This document shows positions 22,546 to 32,503 of a stretch of 64,000 bases of DNA, piece after piece. The notes beneath the pieces are model-generated. The model worked only from the letters and a program-made list of their open reading frames with translations. It did no database searches and was not told the DNA's origin. The number at the start of each line of letters is the position of its first letter. Position 1 is the first letter of the stretch. The position numbers and the translations under genes were made by a program. Source of the stretch: Cyanobacteria bacterium P01_D01_bin.156 (GTDB lineage Bacteria > Cyanobacteriota > Cyanobacteriia > Phormidesmidales > Phormidesmidaceae); contig JBCCQQ010000019.1 of NCBI GenBank assembly GCA_039024555.1, positions 1 to 64,000 on the forward strand, in the 5' to 3' direction.

Positions 22546-25500
22546 ATGTGGCTCAAAATTCCTGTTGATCTTGAAACTGAAGCGGCTAAAGTTCACCTTC
22601 TAGGAGAGCTAGAGCGTTGGAACGATTTAGGACTGTTAAGTCCAGGTCAAATTATCAACATTGCCCGTAAGTTGACCAGCCCTTTGCCGATTCCCTACAA
22701 CGTTCACGCAACAGAACCTCAGAGCACTGATGCTGAACAAGCGACTGAACAACCGCCGACGACATTACATAAGCCAATCTTTGCAGGGCTTAAGACCCAG
22801 TTAGTTCAGTCATTTGTTGACGAATTAAGTGTACTTTGGCTGCTGTTTTTAGGAGTGTTTTTGGTATTGGTTTCGTCAGGGGTACTGGCGGCTAGCCGAT
22901 GGCAGTCTTTTTCGGCGGTGGGACAATACTCCATTCTGTTGCTATATACCCTAGCCTTTGGTGGGGCAAGTTACTGGGCCACGCGCCGCAACCAGCTAAA
23001 AACGACAGCACAAATGCTGAAAGCGGCAACGCTACTGCTGATTCCCATCAACATGTGGATGATGGATGCCCTGGGAGTATTCAATGCTTCCATAGGGTGG
23101 CTGCCTTTCGGGCTGGTAGCTGTGGGGTTGAGTGGGCTAACTCTGGTGCTCACATCCCGTCGTCGGGTTGGCTGGAATTTAGTTGGCTTGAGCTGGCTCC
23201 ACTGGGGCTGGAGCATCGCGGTCTGGCCTTTAGCTACAACTTATATCGCCACGGTGGGAAGCGCGGCAAATCTTTTTCTACCCGATACTGCAGATAGTGA
23301 AGCGACGGGTGAGGGAAAGGGGCAATCCGGTGGAATTTTGGTTGCGATCGCTCTCCTAATTCTCTTGATTCGCAGCCTATGGATTGCCCAGGTACCAATT
23401 TATCAACTCGGTCTAGCCAGCAGTATCTGTGGTTGGATGCTGTGTCGGCTAAAGTATCCCCTCTGGCCTCGCCTAGGGGCTGGATTAATGCTGTTAGGCT
23501 GGCTGGTTTCTGTTGAACAGCAGCCATTACAAGCACTTGGAGTCAGTGGATTAGCCATTTGGCTTTTGGTAGAACGCTTACAACAACAGACTGAAAAACG
23601 TCAGCAGCTAAGAACGCTAGCCACCCTATGGCTAATTGCTTTCCAAGCTTGTGGTCTGATGTGGCTGGTGCTGCCTATGGCACTACGGAATGGATTGCTG
23701 ATGTGGGTTAGTCGACTGATTGGTCAGCCAGTGTACGCACTAGATTTAGCCGGCATCTGGCTAAATGGCTATGTGGCGCTAATGCTATGGACAGCTAGGA
23801 AGTTTCGCCGCAAGGGCAAAGTAACCTGGTCTGAACTAACAGAACGGTTAACGGTAGGCATCAGTGGCCTATTAGTGCTGTTTGCAATACCGCAGGCCCA
23901 GTCTTGGATATTCACTGCTAGTTTATTCGGTTTAACCACTACCTTAGGAGTCCTATCCTGTTTGCGCCAACCCGCGACACGACTGGTGTATGCCACCTAT
24001 GGGGCGGGCCTAGCCACGGTCATCAGCAGTCTAAACGTGATTAGCAGGGGAAACTGGACTCAACCCCAATGGTCTATGGCTCTGATAACGCTAGTGCTAG
24101 TGGAATGGGCATTTAGCGTTGCTGATGACCGCTATCTGCTGTGGCGGCGGTCAGCCTGGTATTTTGGCCTGTTTTTGAGTGCTATTGCCTACCTATTGTT
24201 ACTTTCTAATGGCGGGTCCTGGCTCAACCTGACTTGGCTAGTGGTACCTACGGCTTTAACAACCATGGTTTACCGTCAGGCTTTTCCCACCAACCAACCA
24301 AAACAAGCGACTTTTCTAGCCATATTGGCCCTACTAGGTCAGGGGCTATTGATCAACTCCTGGTCCATAGGCACTGTGGTTTTAGGGAGCAGTGCATTAT
24401 TGATCGGATTGCACAGCCTGCGTTGGCCGACCCAACAAGCGCTAACGACTTTAGCGGTAGGAGCTATGGCAGGTACTATCTACGCGGGCGCACTTTGGCT
24501 TTGGCTGCCAAAACTTTCTTGGGCCGAAGGTGTAGGGCATCTATATTTGCTCACGGCTATCGTTGCAGCAGCACTGACGGTTGTAGCCCAGGCATTAACA
24601 AGGCGTTCTCGTTTGCTATTAGAAAGCTACGGCCGAGCCAGTCAGGGGTGGAGTCATCTATTAGCACTGGTTTTGACGGTTGTTCTAACCGTAATGATGG
24701 CCTTTTTCTTCTACCTGCGGTTTGATTTGCAGCCCCTATCACTGGGTGAACGACTTCAGATGCGCTATGGGTTAGCAGCCCTAGCAATAATCTTGGCTCG
24801 ATTTGCAGCTAACCGGCGGCAGATTAACTGGTGGACACTGGCCTACGGTTTAGGGTTATTGGTCACCATGGGGCTGTCCTTGTGGCATCGGGATGTGGTC
24901 AATGGGGCATTCATCACTTTGATTGCCAGAGCCATGTTGGTACTGGCTTTAGGCAGTCAGCTGATGGGTACGGTTTATGCCAAGGGGCGTTCCTACAAAA
25001 CTAGCTGGCACTATATTCCCCTAGCCTATGGTCTATTTGGGGTAGTTTTAGGCCATTTTGAATTTACTAGCACCACTGGGTTTTATTCAGGTTTAGTGGG
25101 CATTGTCGCTCTGGCCATTGGGCGGCGACAGCCCAATTTACGCCCCTTGAGCTATGCCGGTCTAGGGCTGTTTTCTCTGGGTCTGTACGAGCTGGTGATC
25201 TATCGCCTGCTCCAGGCTAGCGGTGGGGCCGTTGGCGATGGATTTACGCTATTAGCATTGGTGGGCAGTGCGATCGCACTGCTCTATCTACTCTGTCAGC
25301 GATGGCTTCAACGATGGAGCCAGCTAGCCCTGGCTGATCTAGAAATAGCCGGGACACTCCACTGGCTCTTGGGGATAATTCTCGCCACCTTAGCCATGGT
25401 CGGAGGTCAGAGCCGCACTGGTGTCTGGCTATGGCTAGGTGTTGCTAGTTTGCTAGGTTTACACGCCTTCCTCAAAGGAAATAACCGCTGGGTTCCTACC

Positions 25501-26418
25501 TATGGACGGCCACTATCCAACTCTGACAGCTCCGCAGCTGAGACAGCTTCCTCCCGAATGCTGGTTTCAGATCATCCCCGCTATAGCCAGTGGACCTGGA
25601 GTGGTCTGATAATTGCCACCGTTGCCCTACCCTATGGATTGGGACAACTGGTCACTACTCTCGACTGGTTGCAAGCATGGGGAGCCCTGGGCCTGTGTGG
25701 TATTGGGCTAGCCATTTACCAGCTGCCTTGGCAGCGATGGGGATGGCCAGCTTCCCCCTGGCGAAGAATGGCATTGAGCTGGCCCATCCTGGGCATTTTG
25801 TTTGGCCTGCCTGTGGTGAAAACCCAGAGTCTATTGCTAGTGGGAGCATTCTATGGAGTCATGGCTAAACGGCTCAATGCCGTGCGTCTGAGCTACCTGA
25901 GCATCGTGTTATTTAACTGGAGCTTAGGACGCTACCTTTTCGAACAGGGCTGGTTCAACCCTCTATGGTTAGGCACCATGCTTGGCATGTCCACACTGTA
26001 CATTCTGGAAGTCGATCCTCGCTGGCAACTCTTATCCCTACGCCAAGAACGACATTATTTGCGTAGCTTAGCCACTCTGCTTATCGGACTAACCACGCTA
26101 TATCAGGTAGAAACCACCACATCTCCAGGCACAACACTTGGTTTGATCACAGTCGGTTTATTGCTGAGCCTAGGATTTATGCTGGCTGGTCTTAAGTCCC
26201 GAGTACGCGCCTACCTATATGTAGGAACCCTCACTTTTACCCTACAAATATTGCGCACTATCATGATGTTCATAGATACCGATGGCAGTCTCCTTTGGGC
26301 TATCGGCATTGTGCTAGGGATCGCCTTGATCTGGGTAGCAGCTACATTTGAGGTCCGACAAGCTCAGGTTAGAGAGCTGCTCACTCATTGGTCCACCCAG
26401 TTGCAAAGTTGGGATTAA
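22546..26418 (+). CDS. Very large polytopic membrane protein (DUF2157-like)
   Basis: About 1290 aa with many TM helices; ELSVLWLLFLGVFLVLVSSGVLAASRW; C-terminal WAIGIVLG..IWVAATFE. Confidence 0.7.
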   Translation: MWLKIPVDLETEAAKVHLLGELERWNDLGLLSPGQIINIARKLTSPLPIPYNVHATEPQSTDAEQATEQPPTTLHKPIFAGLKTQLVQSFVDELSVLWLLFLGVFLVLVSSGVLAASRWQSFSAVGQYSILLLYTLAFGGASYWATRRNQLKTTAQMLKAATLLLIPINMWMMDALGVFNASIGWLPFGLVAVGLSGLTLVLTSRRRVGWNLVGLSWLHWGWSIAVWPLATTYIATVGSAANLFLPDTADSEATGEGKGQSGGILVAIALLILLIRSLWIAQVPIYQLGLASSICGWMLCRLKYPLWPRLGAGLMLLGWLVSVEQQPLQALGVSGLAIWLLVERLQQQTEKRQQLRTLATLWLIAFQACGLMWLVLPMALRNGLLMWVSRLIGQPVYALDLAGIWLNGYVALMLWTARKFRRKGKVTWSELTERLTVGISGLLVLFAIPQAQSWIFTASLFGLTTTLGVLSCLRQPATRLVYATYGAGLATVISSLNVISRGNWTQPQWSMALITLVLVEWAFSVADDRYLLWRRSAWYFGLFLSAIAYLLLLSNGGSWLNLTWLVVPTALTTMVYRQAFPTNQPKQATFLAILALLGQGLLINSWSIGTVVLGSSALLIGLHSLRWPTQQALTTLAVGAMAGTIYAGALWLWLPKLSWAEGVGHLYLLTAIVAAALTVVAQALTRRSRLLLESYGRASQGWSHLLALVLTVVLTVMMAFFFYLRFDLQPLSLGERLQMRYGLAALAIILARFAANRRQINWWTLAYGLGLLVTMGLSLWHRDVVNGAFITLIARAMLVLALGSQLMGTVYAKGRSYKTSWHYIPLAYGLFGVVLGHFEFTSTTGFYSGLVGIVALAIGRRQPNLRPLSYAGLGLFSLGLYELVIYRLLQASGGAVGDGFTLLALVGSAIALLYLLCQRWLQRWSQLALADLEIAGTLHWLLGIILATLAMVGGQSRTGVWLWLGVASLLGLHAFLKGNNRWVPTYGRPLSNSDSSAAETASSRMLVSDHPRYSQWTWSGLIIATVALPYGLGQLVTTLDWLQAWGALGLCGIGLAIYQLPWQRWGWPASPWRRMALSWPILGILFGLPVVKTQSLLLVGAFYGVMAKRLNAVRLSYLSIVLFNWSLGRYLFEQGWFNPLWLGTMLGMSTLYILEVDPRWQLLSLRQERHYLRSLATLLIGLTTLYQVETTTSPGTTLGLITVGLLLSLGFMLAGLKSRVRAYLYVGTLTFTLQILRTIMMFIDTDGSLLWAIGIVLGIALIWVAATFEVRQAQVRELLTHWSTQLQSWD

Positions 26419-26581
26419 CCATAGGTACACTGTTACTGCTTTTCAGGAACTAGAACACCTGCAGCTCCCAAGATCGGATATTAGAGGGCACAATTTAATA
26501 AGTGTTTAACCGCCTGGTTTATTTTTTACCAAAAGCCTCAATTGGCTCACTTAGCTCTGTACATTTTTCAAATCTGAACCG

Positions 26582-27415
26582 ATGGCAGCAAATTTAGACA
26601 AAATGCTGCGGTTTATCGATGATTATCAGCAGCAACATCCCCACTATTCATCTATACAGGTAGTGCGCTCCCTTAGAGCCTATAGTCGAGAAGGCTATGC
26701 CGATATTTTTTGGGCAAACGTGGCAGGAAGTAATGCGGCTTTTGTCAGTGAGGAGCTGGATGATCTAGCAGTAGTGCTGATGGGTCAGAGCATCGACTTT
26801 GCCCATTTCATGACAGCCCTCTCAAATCAAACTAGAAGTGGCATTAGAGCGATAGTCAAAGATAGTGTTCTACGGGTGACGTCAAAAGCAATGACGGGGC
26901 GGACAAACGATGCCCAAGAATATACCGCAGCCATCAAGGATACAGCCCAAGCTATCGACACATACCTGAATGAATATGGTCCAACCACATACAAGCCCGA
27001 GGCTCTGAACGATTTTTTAACTCAATTTGCCTCGGATCAGTACTACGCGTCGGATTTAGTTGCCTTTTCAGTAAGCCGCCTACTGTATCAAAATGCGGCC
27101 CTTTCCGTACGCGAGGCCATTTTGGAAGCCAGCTGGTTTAACTATTCTGATACGGTACAACGCTATCTAATAGAAACCTTGGGGGCAAAAGTATCCCGCA
27201 GGGGCTACCTCATCAACGGGGTTCAGGTAAGACAACAAATTTACGAACGAATTTTGACTTACCTGACAATCAAGCGAGATATTGTTACAGGCCATATGCT
27301 CAATCGCACTTACCGTAAGAACATTCGGCCCGCACTGATTGACCACGCTAGCGATTATTTCATCCAGTACTTGCAGCGATCACTGGTCTATCACCATCAG
27401 GAACTAGATTCGTAG
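26582..27415 (+). CDS. Hypothetical protein
   Basis: 277-aa ORF with ATG start, occupying an otherwise empty gap; no motif recognised. Confidence 0.75.
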   Translation: MAANLDKMLRFIDDYQQQHPHYSSIQVVRSLRAYSREGYADIFWANVAGSNAAFVSEELDDLAVVLMGQSIDFAHFMTALSNQTRSGIRAIVKDSVLRVTSKAMTGRTNDAQEYTAAIKDTAQAIDTYLNEYGPTTYKPEALNDFLTQFASDQYYASDLVAFSVSRLLYQNAALSVREAILEASWFNYSDTVQRYLIETLGAKVSRRGYLINGVQVRQQIYERILTYLTIKRDIVTGHMLNRTYRKNIRPALIDHASDYFIQYLQRSLVYHHQELDS

Positions 27416-27437
27416 CAGCCGAATTCGTAGCAGCCGA
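27408..27437. repeat. 15-bp tandem duplication spanning the stop codon
   Basis: ATTCGTAGCAGCCGA x2. Confidence 0.85.
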
Positions 27438-27509
27438 ATAAGCATCTTTCTCAAATATCTATGGTTACGCATGTGATCGGCTGCTAGGAATCATGGATAA
27501 TCATTCACC

Positions 27510-27624
27510 AAAAGAAAAATCGGCCCTGGATCAGGGACCGATTTTAAAGTCTTTTGACTTTGCGTTTATCTCTCATTTGGAGGTGCTTGAAAATGCGTTG
27601 CACGCACCGTCTTACCAATCTCCG
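27510..27624 (-). ncRNA. Candidate trans-acting small RNA (~115 nt)
   Basis: TACAAT/TACACT -10 box upstream, internal CACCUCCA anti-SD, terminal hairpin AAAAUCGGUCCCUG..CAGGGCCGAUUUUU with U-tract; no ORF longer than 14 aa seen. Confidence 0.5.
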
Positions 27625-27632
27625 TAGTGTAT

Positions 27633-27648
27633 TGTAACAATCAGTACA
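27633..27648. promoter_or_regulatory. NtcA-binding palindrome overlapping a minus-strand -10 box
   Basis: TGTAACAATCAGTACA matches the extended consensus TGTA-N8-TACA. Confidence 0.6.
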
Positions 27649-28117
27649 GTTTTTTTCGTGATGAATCTTTACTAAATTCCAATAAGTTACTGGTCAAGAC
27701 AGTCGTTAAAACTACCTAAAGGTTGCCAAGTCATGGGTGTATCCCCATAAATGAATTCATAGGGATATCTGAAAAGTCAAGAAATCTTGATGTATTGGCC
27801 TGTAAATTGAGATGCTTGTCAGTTATTCAGTGTATTTTGACGTCTTAGCTTGAGCAGGTGCCAAATTTTCAGGTCATGTAAATCTGGCACCTGCCCAAAA
27901 ACCTGAGTTGGCTGTTAGCTTGTAATTGACTCATAGGTTGCCACCAGGCAACCGCAGTAATTCTCGATAATAATGGAGAGAGAGGGTTTACTACTCTAAA
28001 CCCATCTTTTTCGAGTATTGCTAAGCTCTGGCTTGATTTGCGCTGAAAAAAGTTGCTATGCAGTGCAGCTCATTTTGTAAATTAGCAACGGCTTTTTCCT
28101 TTACTTCTGCCACTCCC

Positions 28118-29053
28118 TTGCAAGTTACCTTTCTTGGAACCAGTTCTGGTGTACCTACTCGGGCTCGTAATGTGTCTAGCGTTGCTCTGCGTCTTCCACA
28201 ACGTGCTGAGGTATGGCTATTTGACTGCGGTGAAGGCACCCAGCATCAATTTCTGAAAAGCGATCTGAAGTCTAGCCAAATTCGGCGCATTTTCGTTACC
28301 CATATGCATGGGGACCATATTTTTGGTCTGATGGGATTACTGGCGAGCTGTGGATTAGCAGGTAACGTATCACGGATTGATATTTACGGGCCGCCAAAGT
28401 TAAACGAATATTTGCAGGCCTGTCGTCGCTACTCCCAAACCCATTTTTCGTATCCCATCAAAGTCCATACGGTAGAACCAGGAAAAGTCGTTGATGACGG
28501 AGAGTTTACGGTCTACTGCCAGCGATTAGAGCATCGAGTAACGGCCTTTGGGTATCGCATCGTGGAAAAAGATCGAGCGGGTCAGTTTGATGTGAAACGG
28601 GCAACCTCTTTAGGAATTCCCCCTGGCCCAATCTATGGTCGCCTAAAACGAGGAGAAGCAGTCACGCTGGACGATGGCCGGATCATTAATGGCACTGATC
28701 TCTGTGGCGATACGATTCAGGGACGCAAGCTTGTGTATTGCACAGACACCATCTTTTGCGATCGCGCCATCGAGCTTTCCGAGCATGCCAGCGTCCTCAT
28801 CCACGAATCCACCTTTGCCCATCAGGATGCTGAACTGGCCTACCAAAGACTACATTCTACCTCCACCATGGCTGCTCAAGTGGCCCTTGCCGCCCAGGTG
28901 CAACAGCTAATTTTGACCCATTTTAGTCCCCGCTACGCCCCAGGCAACACCATTCAGCTCAAAGATTTGCTGGCAGAAGCCAAAGCGATTTTTCCAAATA
29001 CTCTCATGGCCCATGACTTCTTTGTACATGACATAGCACAGGCCAATATTTAG
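28118..29053 (+). CDS. rnz: Ribonuclease Z
   Basis: [44 protein letters not shown]; start likely TTG 28118. Confidence 0.95.
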   Translation: MQVTFLGTSSGVPTRARNVSSVALRLPQRAEVWLFDCGEGTQHQFLKSDLKSSQIRRIFVTHMHGDHIFGLMGLLASCGLAGNVSRIDIYGPPKLNEYLQACRRYSQTHFSYPIKVHTVEPGKVVDDGEFTVYCQRLEHRVTAFGYRIVEKDRAGQFDVKRATSLGIPPGPIYGRLKRGEAVTLDDGRIINGTDLCGDTIQGRKLVYCTDTIFCDRAIELSEHASVLIHESTFAHQDAELAYQRLHSTSTMAAQVALAAQVQQLILTHFSPRYAPGNTIQLKDLLAEAKAIFPNTLMAHDFFVHDIAQANI

Positions 29054-29067
29054 AGGGTATTCACCAA

Positions 29068-29553
29068 CTATGCTTCTGGGGAGATATTGGTGTTCACACT
29101 GGCTTGGCTATGCTCATTACCATCATTAAACCGATGCACAGGAAGCTCATTGAGACGAGTCTTTAACCTACTGAAATGCTTTTTATTATTAATGGGCATA
29201 TGAGGGGCAGGCACCTCATTATTGGGCCAAGAGTCTAAATCACTGCACGTACACAGCCCTGCCACTGGCATCACGTTCGACATTGCGGTTGGCATGCTGC
29301 ATAGAGCACAATCTGTGATTTCCCATTGAGGCGACAGGAGCTCTTCAATAGTCTCAGTGGAACCCTCTAAATAGCAATTACGCCCCTCTACCGCTATGAT
29401 TGCTTGCCAACAGTCCTGAAAAGCACGACTAAACTGCCCACCTTCTAGCACCGGCATAGGGCGTTGAGTACCTTGTCCATTATTAATGTGAACGGATTTA
29501 CCTAGCTGAAACCAATAGGCCAAATACGTTTGAACTTCTTGTTGAGACGCCAT
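29068..29553 (-). CDS. Conserved cyanobacterial hypothetical protein with Cys motifs
   Basis: YLAYWFQLGK, CYLEGS, CALCSMP, CTCSDLDSWPN; start placed at MASQQ. Confidence 0.75.
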   Translation of the reverse strand: MASQQEVQTYLAYWFQLGKSVHINNGQGTQRPMPVLEGGQFSRAFQDCWQAIIAVEGRNCYLEGSTETIEELLSPQWEITDCALCSMPTAMSNVMPVAGLCTCSDLDSWPNNEVPAPHMPINNKKHFSRLKTRLNELPVHRFNDGNEHSQASVNTNISPEA

Positions 29554-29691
29554 GGACATCACCTCGTACATGAAACAATCTTGGGTACAGCCCATTGACT
29601 GTTACAGCTTTATCCTAGCGCTTGATTTTTGAAAGACCTGGAGCGTTAACTTATTTTCAAGGTCTATGTTTTATCAATCATCATCAGAACT

Positions 29692-30237
29692 CTATCCAGA
29701 GAATGGTAGACAGGTGCCCAACTGCTTTAGATCTAGAGCATAACCACCAGTGACCAAATAAAACTGGGTAGAGATCGCACTAATCCGACGTACTAGCCTT
29801 CCTAGGCGATCACGAAAGAGGCGTCCTAAAGGATAAGCGGGGACCAGTCCCCATCCCGTCTCCTCGGCCACCAGAATGACATCACTCTTAGCCGTTTTGA
29901 GAGAGTCTAAGAGCTCGTCAACACAACGTTGCCAACGGATATCTTCTACATCTAGCCAATTTGCCAGCCAGGTACCGATAGAGTCTACTAACAAACACTG
30001 ATCAGCCTGAGCTGATTGAATAGCTCCTGCTAGATTCTTCGGAATTTCTAGGGTTTGCCAAGTTTCTGGACGTCGCTGTCGATGGACATTAATGCGCTGT
30101 TGCCACTCCGAATCATCCGGATTCAGAGTGGCTGTGGCAATGTAAACGACTGATTTATTAGCGTCGTTAGCCCAATATTCTGCCCATTCACTTTTGCCAG
30201 AACGGGCAGGTCCAGTCACCAAAATCAACTCAGACAT
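29692..30237 (-). CDS. cobU: Adenosylcobinamide kinase / adenosylcobinamide-phosphate guanylyltransferase
   Basis: LVTGPARSGKSEWAE, YIATA, HRQRRP, EETGWGLVP, FRDRLG. Confidence 0.95.
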   Translation of the reverse strand: MSELILVTGPARSGKSEWAEYWANDANKSVVYIATATLNPDDSEWQQRINVHRQRRPETWQTLEIPKNLAGAIQSAQADQCLLVDSIGTWLANWLDVEDIRWQRCVDELLDSLKTAKSDVILVAEETGWGLVPAYPLGRLFRDRLGRLVRRISAISTQFYLVTGGYALDLKQLGTCLPFSG

Positions 30238-30371
30238 TAAATCCAGTCATGGTGGTACTGTTTATGCTCAGAATTAAGGGTGGTGTATCCCTTGTGTAAC
30301 CAGGCAACCAGTGAAATACAAAACCCCAAAGCAGGACCTGCTCCAAAAATGATTAATTCCACGCCGCTCAT
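30237..30371 (-). CDS. Candidate 44-aa single-TM microprotein (not in the ORF track)
   Basis: MSGVELIIFGAGPALGFCISLVAWLHKGYTTLNSEHKQYHHDWI; its TAA overlaps the cobU ATG (TAATG). Confidence 0.4.
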   Translation of the reverse strand: MSGVELIIFGAGPALGFCISLVAWLHKGYTTLNSEHKQYHHDWI

Positions 30372-30486
30372 TTAACTGTCCCATGTTGACTGTGCCAATT
30401 ATGCTACTGGAACAATCGACTAGCATCGGCGGATGCACTCAAAAAGATACGTTGTAATGTATCTGTGGCTACGCAACTTGTCTTAG

Positions 30487-31128
30487 TTAGTCAGCAGCGG
30501 TGCTTTGCTGCCGCCGTTCAAGCCACCAGACAATGCCAAACCAGAGCAATACTAGCATCAGAGTGGCTACTGTAAACTGCGTTACCCATCCCACAAGAGT
30601 GGGCAATGGAATCACACGCCCTACGAAAAAGGATAAGGTCACCGTAGCTGTTCCCCACATACTGGCTCCCAGCAAATTACATAACAAGAACTTCCAGTAG
30701 GGCATCCGGGCGATTCCTGCTAGCGGACCGGCAAAAATCCTCAGTAATGCCACAAAGCGCCCAAAAATGACTGCTTTATCTGCATTTTGACTAAATTGGT
30801 CCCGAATATTAGTCAGCGCACCTTCATCGATTCGGAATAAAGTACCGAGTCGCAATAATAGGGGCCAGCCTCCGTAAAAACCAATCCAGTAACCTACACT
30901 GTCGCCAAGCACCGCACCTGCGATCGCACTGGATAATACCCAGTGATACACCAACTCTTCGCTACCGGCTAAAAATCCCCCAACTAGGGTAACCGTCTCT
31001 CCCGGCAGAGGAAACCCCATATTTTCCAGCATGATGCCAAAAAATATTGCCCAGTAGCCATAATCATGGGCAATCGTCTGAATAGTTTCGAGTTCAAAGA
31101 TATCAAACGTCGATAAAACAAGATGCAT
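30487..31128 (-). CDS. DedA family membrane protein
   Basis: LENMGFPLPGE, GAVLGDSVGYWIG, FGRFVALLRIFAGPLAG. Confidence 0.92.
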   Translation of the reverse strand: MHLVLSTFDIFELETIQTIAHDYGYWAIFFGIMLENMGFPLPGETVTLVGGFLAGSEELVYHWVLSSAIAGAVLGDSVGYWIGFYGGWPLLLRLGTLFRIDEGALTNIRDQFSQNADKAVIFGRFVALLRIFAGPLAGIARMPYWKFLLCNLLGASMWGTATVTLSFFVGRVIPLPTLVGWVTQFTVATLMLVLLWFGIVWWLERRQQSTAAD

Positions 31129-31270
31129 AGATATATATTTAGGTTTCTTACATTTTATTTATTTTTCCTCTTGATTGGAGAGCCATACCAGTAATAATCC
31201 CTGATCTTTTTGAATTCAAGGCGAATATTCCGTTTTCTCCATGAAAATTTTCGTACAACATGAATGCCAT

Positions 31271-31329
31271 CATGTTGCCCCAATAAAAAACCTCCTCTGT
31301 TAGAGGAGGTTTTTTATTGGGGCAACATG
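31271..31329. repeat. Perfect 28-bp inverted repeat with 3-nt loop, containing a terminator-like core
   Basis: CATGTTGCCCCAATAAAAAACCTCCTCT-gtt-AGAGGAGGTTTTTTATTGGGGCAACATG. Confidence 0.92.
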
Positions 31330-31344
31330 GTTTTTAGACCAACA

Positions 31345-31902
31345 TTAAGCTTCAACAAAACTAGCCATGGAACTATTTCCCAACATAGACTCTGGGAATG
31401 TAGGTAAGTCCAGACAATGCTGCGTGCGACGCGTTCTAACAGCTAGACGGTAACTCACATTTTGCAATTCAGCATTCAGCTGACGGTTCTCTTGCTGAAT
31501 GTGAGCCACACGGTTTTTAACGACCAGCATGCGCTCAGAAAACTTTTGCTTATAAATTTTGGGCAGCTCTTGAACAACTTGCTCCAACATACGTGTGCGA
31601 TCAGTTAACTCATCAACTGTTTGACGCATCTGTTGAATTTCTTCATCACGACTAGTGATCTGTTCTTGATAAAACGCCACCTGTTTTTCAACACCCTGGA
31701 GCTGTTCTCGTAAAGCTCTTACTTCAGCCTGATGACGCTCAGATACATCTGATGATGGCAAAAAATTTTGATTACCTTTGACTAGACGAAATAGCTCTTG
31801 AGATAGCTGTTGTACCAGCTGATCTCTCATATGTAATTCTTCTTGTAATCGAGCAATTTCTACCTGAGTATCAGACGTTTTTAACTGGGTCAATGGGGCC
31901 AC
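31345..31902 (-). CDS. Cyanobacterial coiled-coil protein (Npun_F5560-like)
   Basis: RDQLVQQLSQELFRLVKGN, MLEQVVQELP, ELQNVSYRLAVRTRR; heptad-rich. Confidence 0.75.
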   Translation of the reverse strand: MAPLTQLKTSDTQVEIARLQEELHMRDQLVQQLSQELFRLVKGNQNFLPSSDVSERHQAEVRALREQLQGVEKQVAFYQEQITSRDEEIQQMRQTVDELTDRTRMLEQVVQELPKIYKQKFSERMLVVKNRVAHIQQENRQLNAELQNVSYRLAVRTRRTQHCLDLPTFPESMLGNSSMASFVEA

Positions 31903-32197
31903 GAGATCACTCCTAAAGTACTAACAATGACTTTTAAAACTATGCTCCACTTATGAAGGAAACAACAGCTATTTACGGTGGTTGCTGATCGAAGATTAGC
32001 TCATTTTTTTGAGGTGCAACTGCACCAGCAGAACCAATTTACTAACAGACAATATATTGAAAACCTGGTAAAACCAGCAGTTCACGTTTTTTAACCCAGA
32101 CAAAACCTTGCATGCCCAAAATATTTGAAGCTAAAAATCACCATATAAGCCTTGGTCAATTTTGGTTCAATACTTGGTCATAACAGGAATAAAGTAA

Positions 32198-32398
32198 TCA
32201 GTCATTGCCGATGTATGAAATGAACCAACCTGGTAATAATGCACCAACATTTCCCAGATAAAACATTCCACGAAGCAGCAAAGCCAGCCATACAATCCCT
32301 GGTACTGCTAAGGCTAATGCCCAAGTGCCCATAAATTTAACACCAATTCTGTAAATTGCAAGGCCTTTATGGATGAGCTTTGGAATTGATTGCAGCAT
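32198..32398 (-). CDS. Possible small hydrophobic protein
   Basis: 66-aa ORF with a hydrophobic core, co-oriented with neighbours; starts immediately after the rpsF terminator and no RBS is evident. Confidence 0.3.
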   Translation of the reverse strand: MLQSIPKLIHKGLAIYRIGVKFMGTWALALAVPGIVWLALLLRGMFYLGNVGALLPGWFISYIGND

Positions 32399-32403
32399 TC
32401 ATA

Positions 32404-32444
32404 ATAAAAAGGCACCGCAATCCCAATAAAAAGGGTTGCGGCGC
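32404..32444 (-). terminator. Intrinsic terminator of rpsF
   Basis: GCGCCGCAACCC..GGATTGCGGTGC followed by CTTTTT on the minus strand. Confidence 0.65.
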
Positions 32445-32503
32445 AGTCTTAGAAAAGTTGAAAATCAAACAAGCTAGCGCATCAAGCTTAAAGCTATGGA
32501 GGG

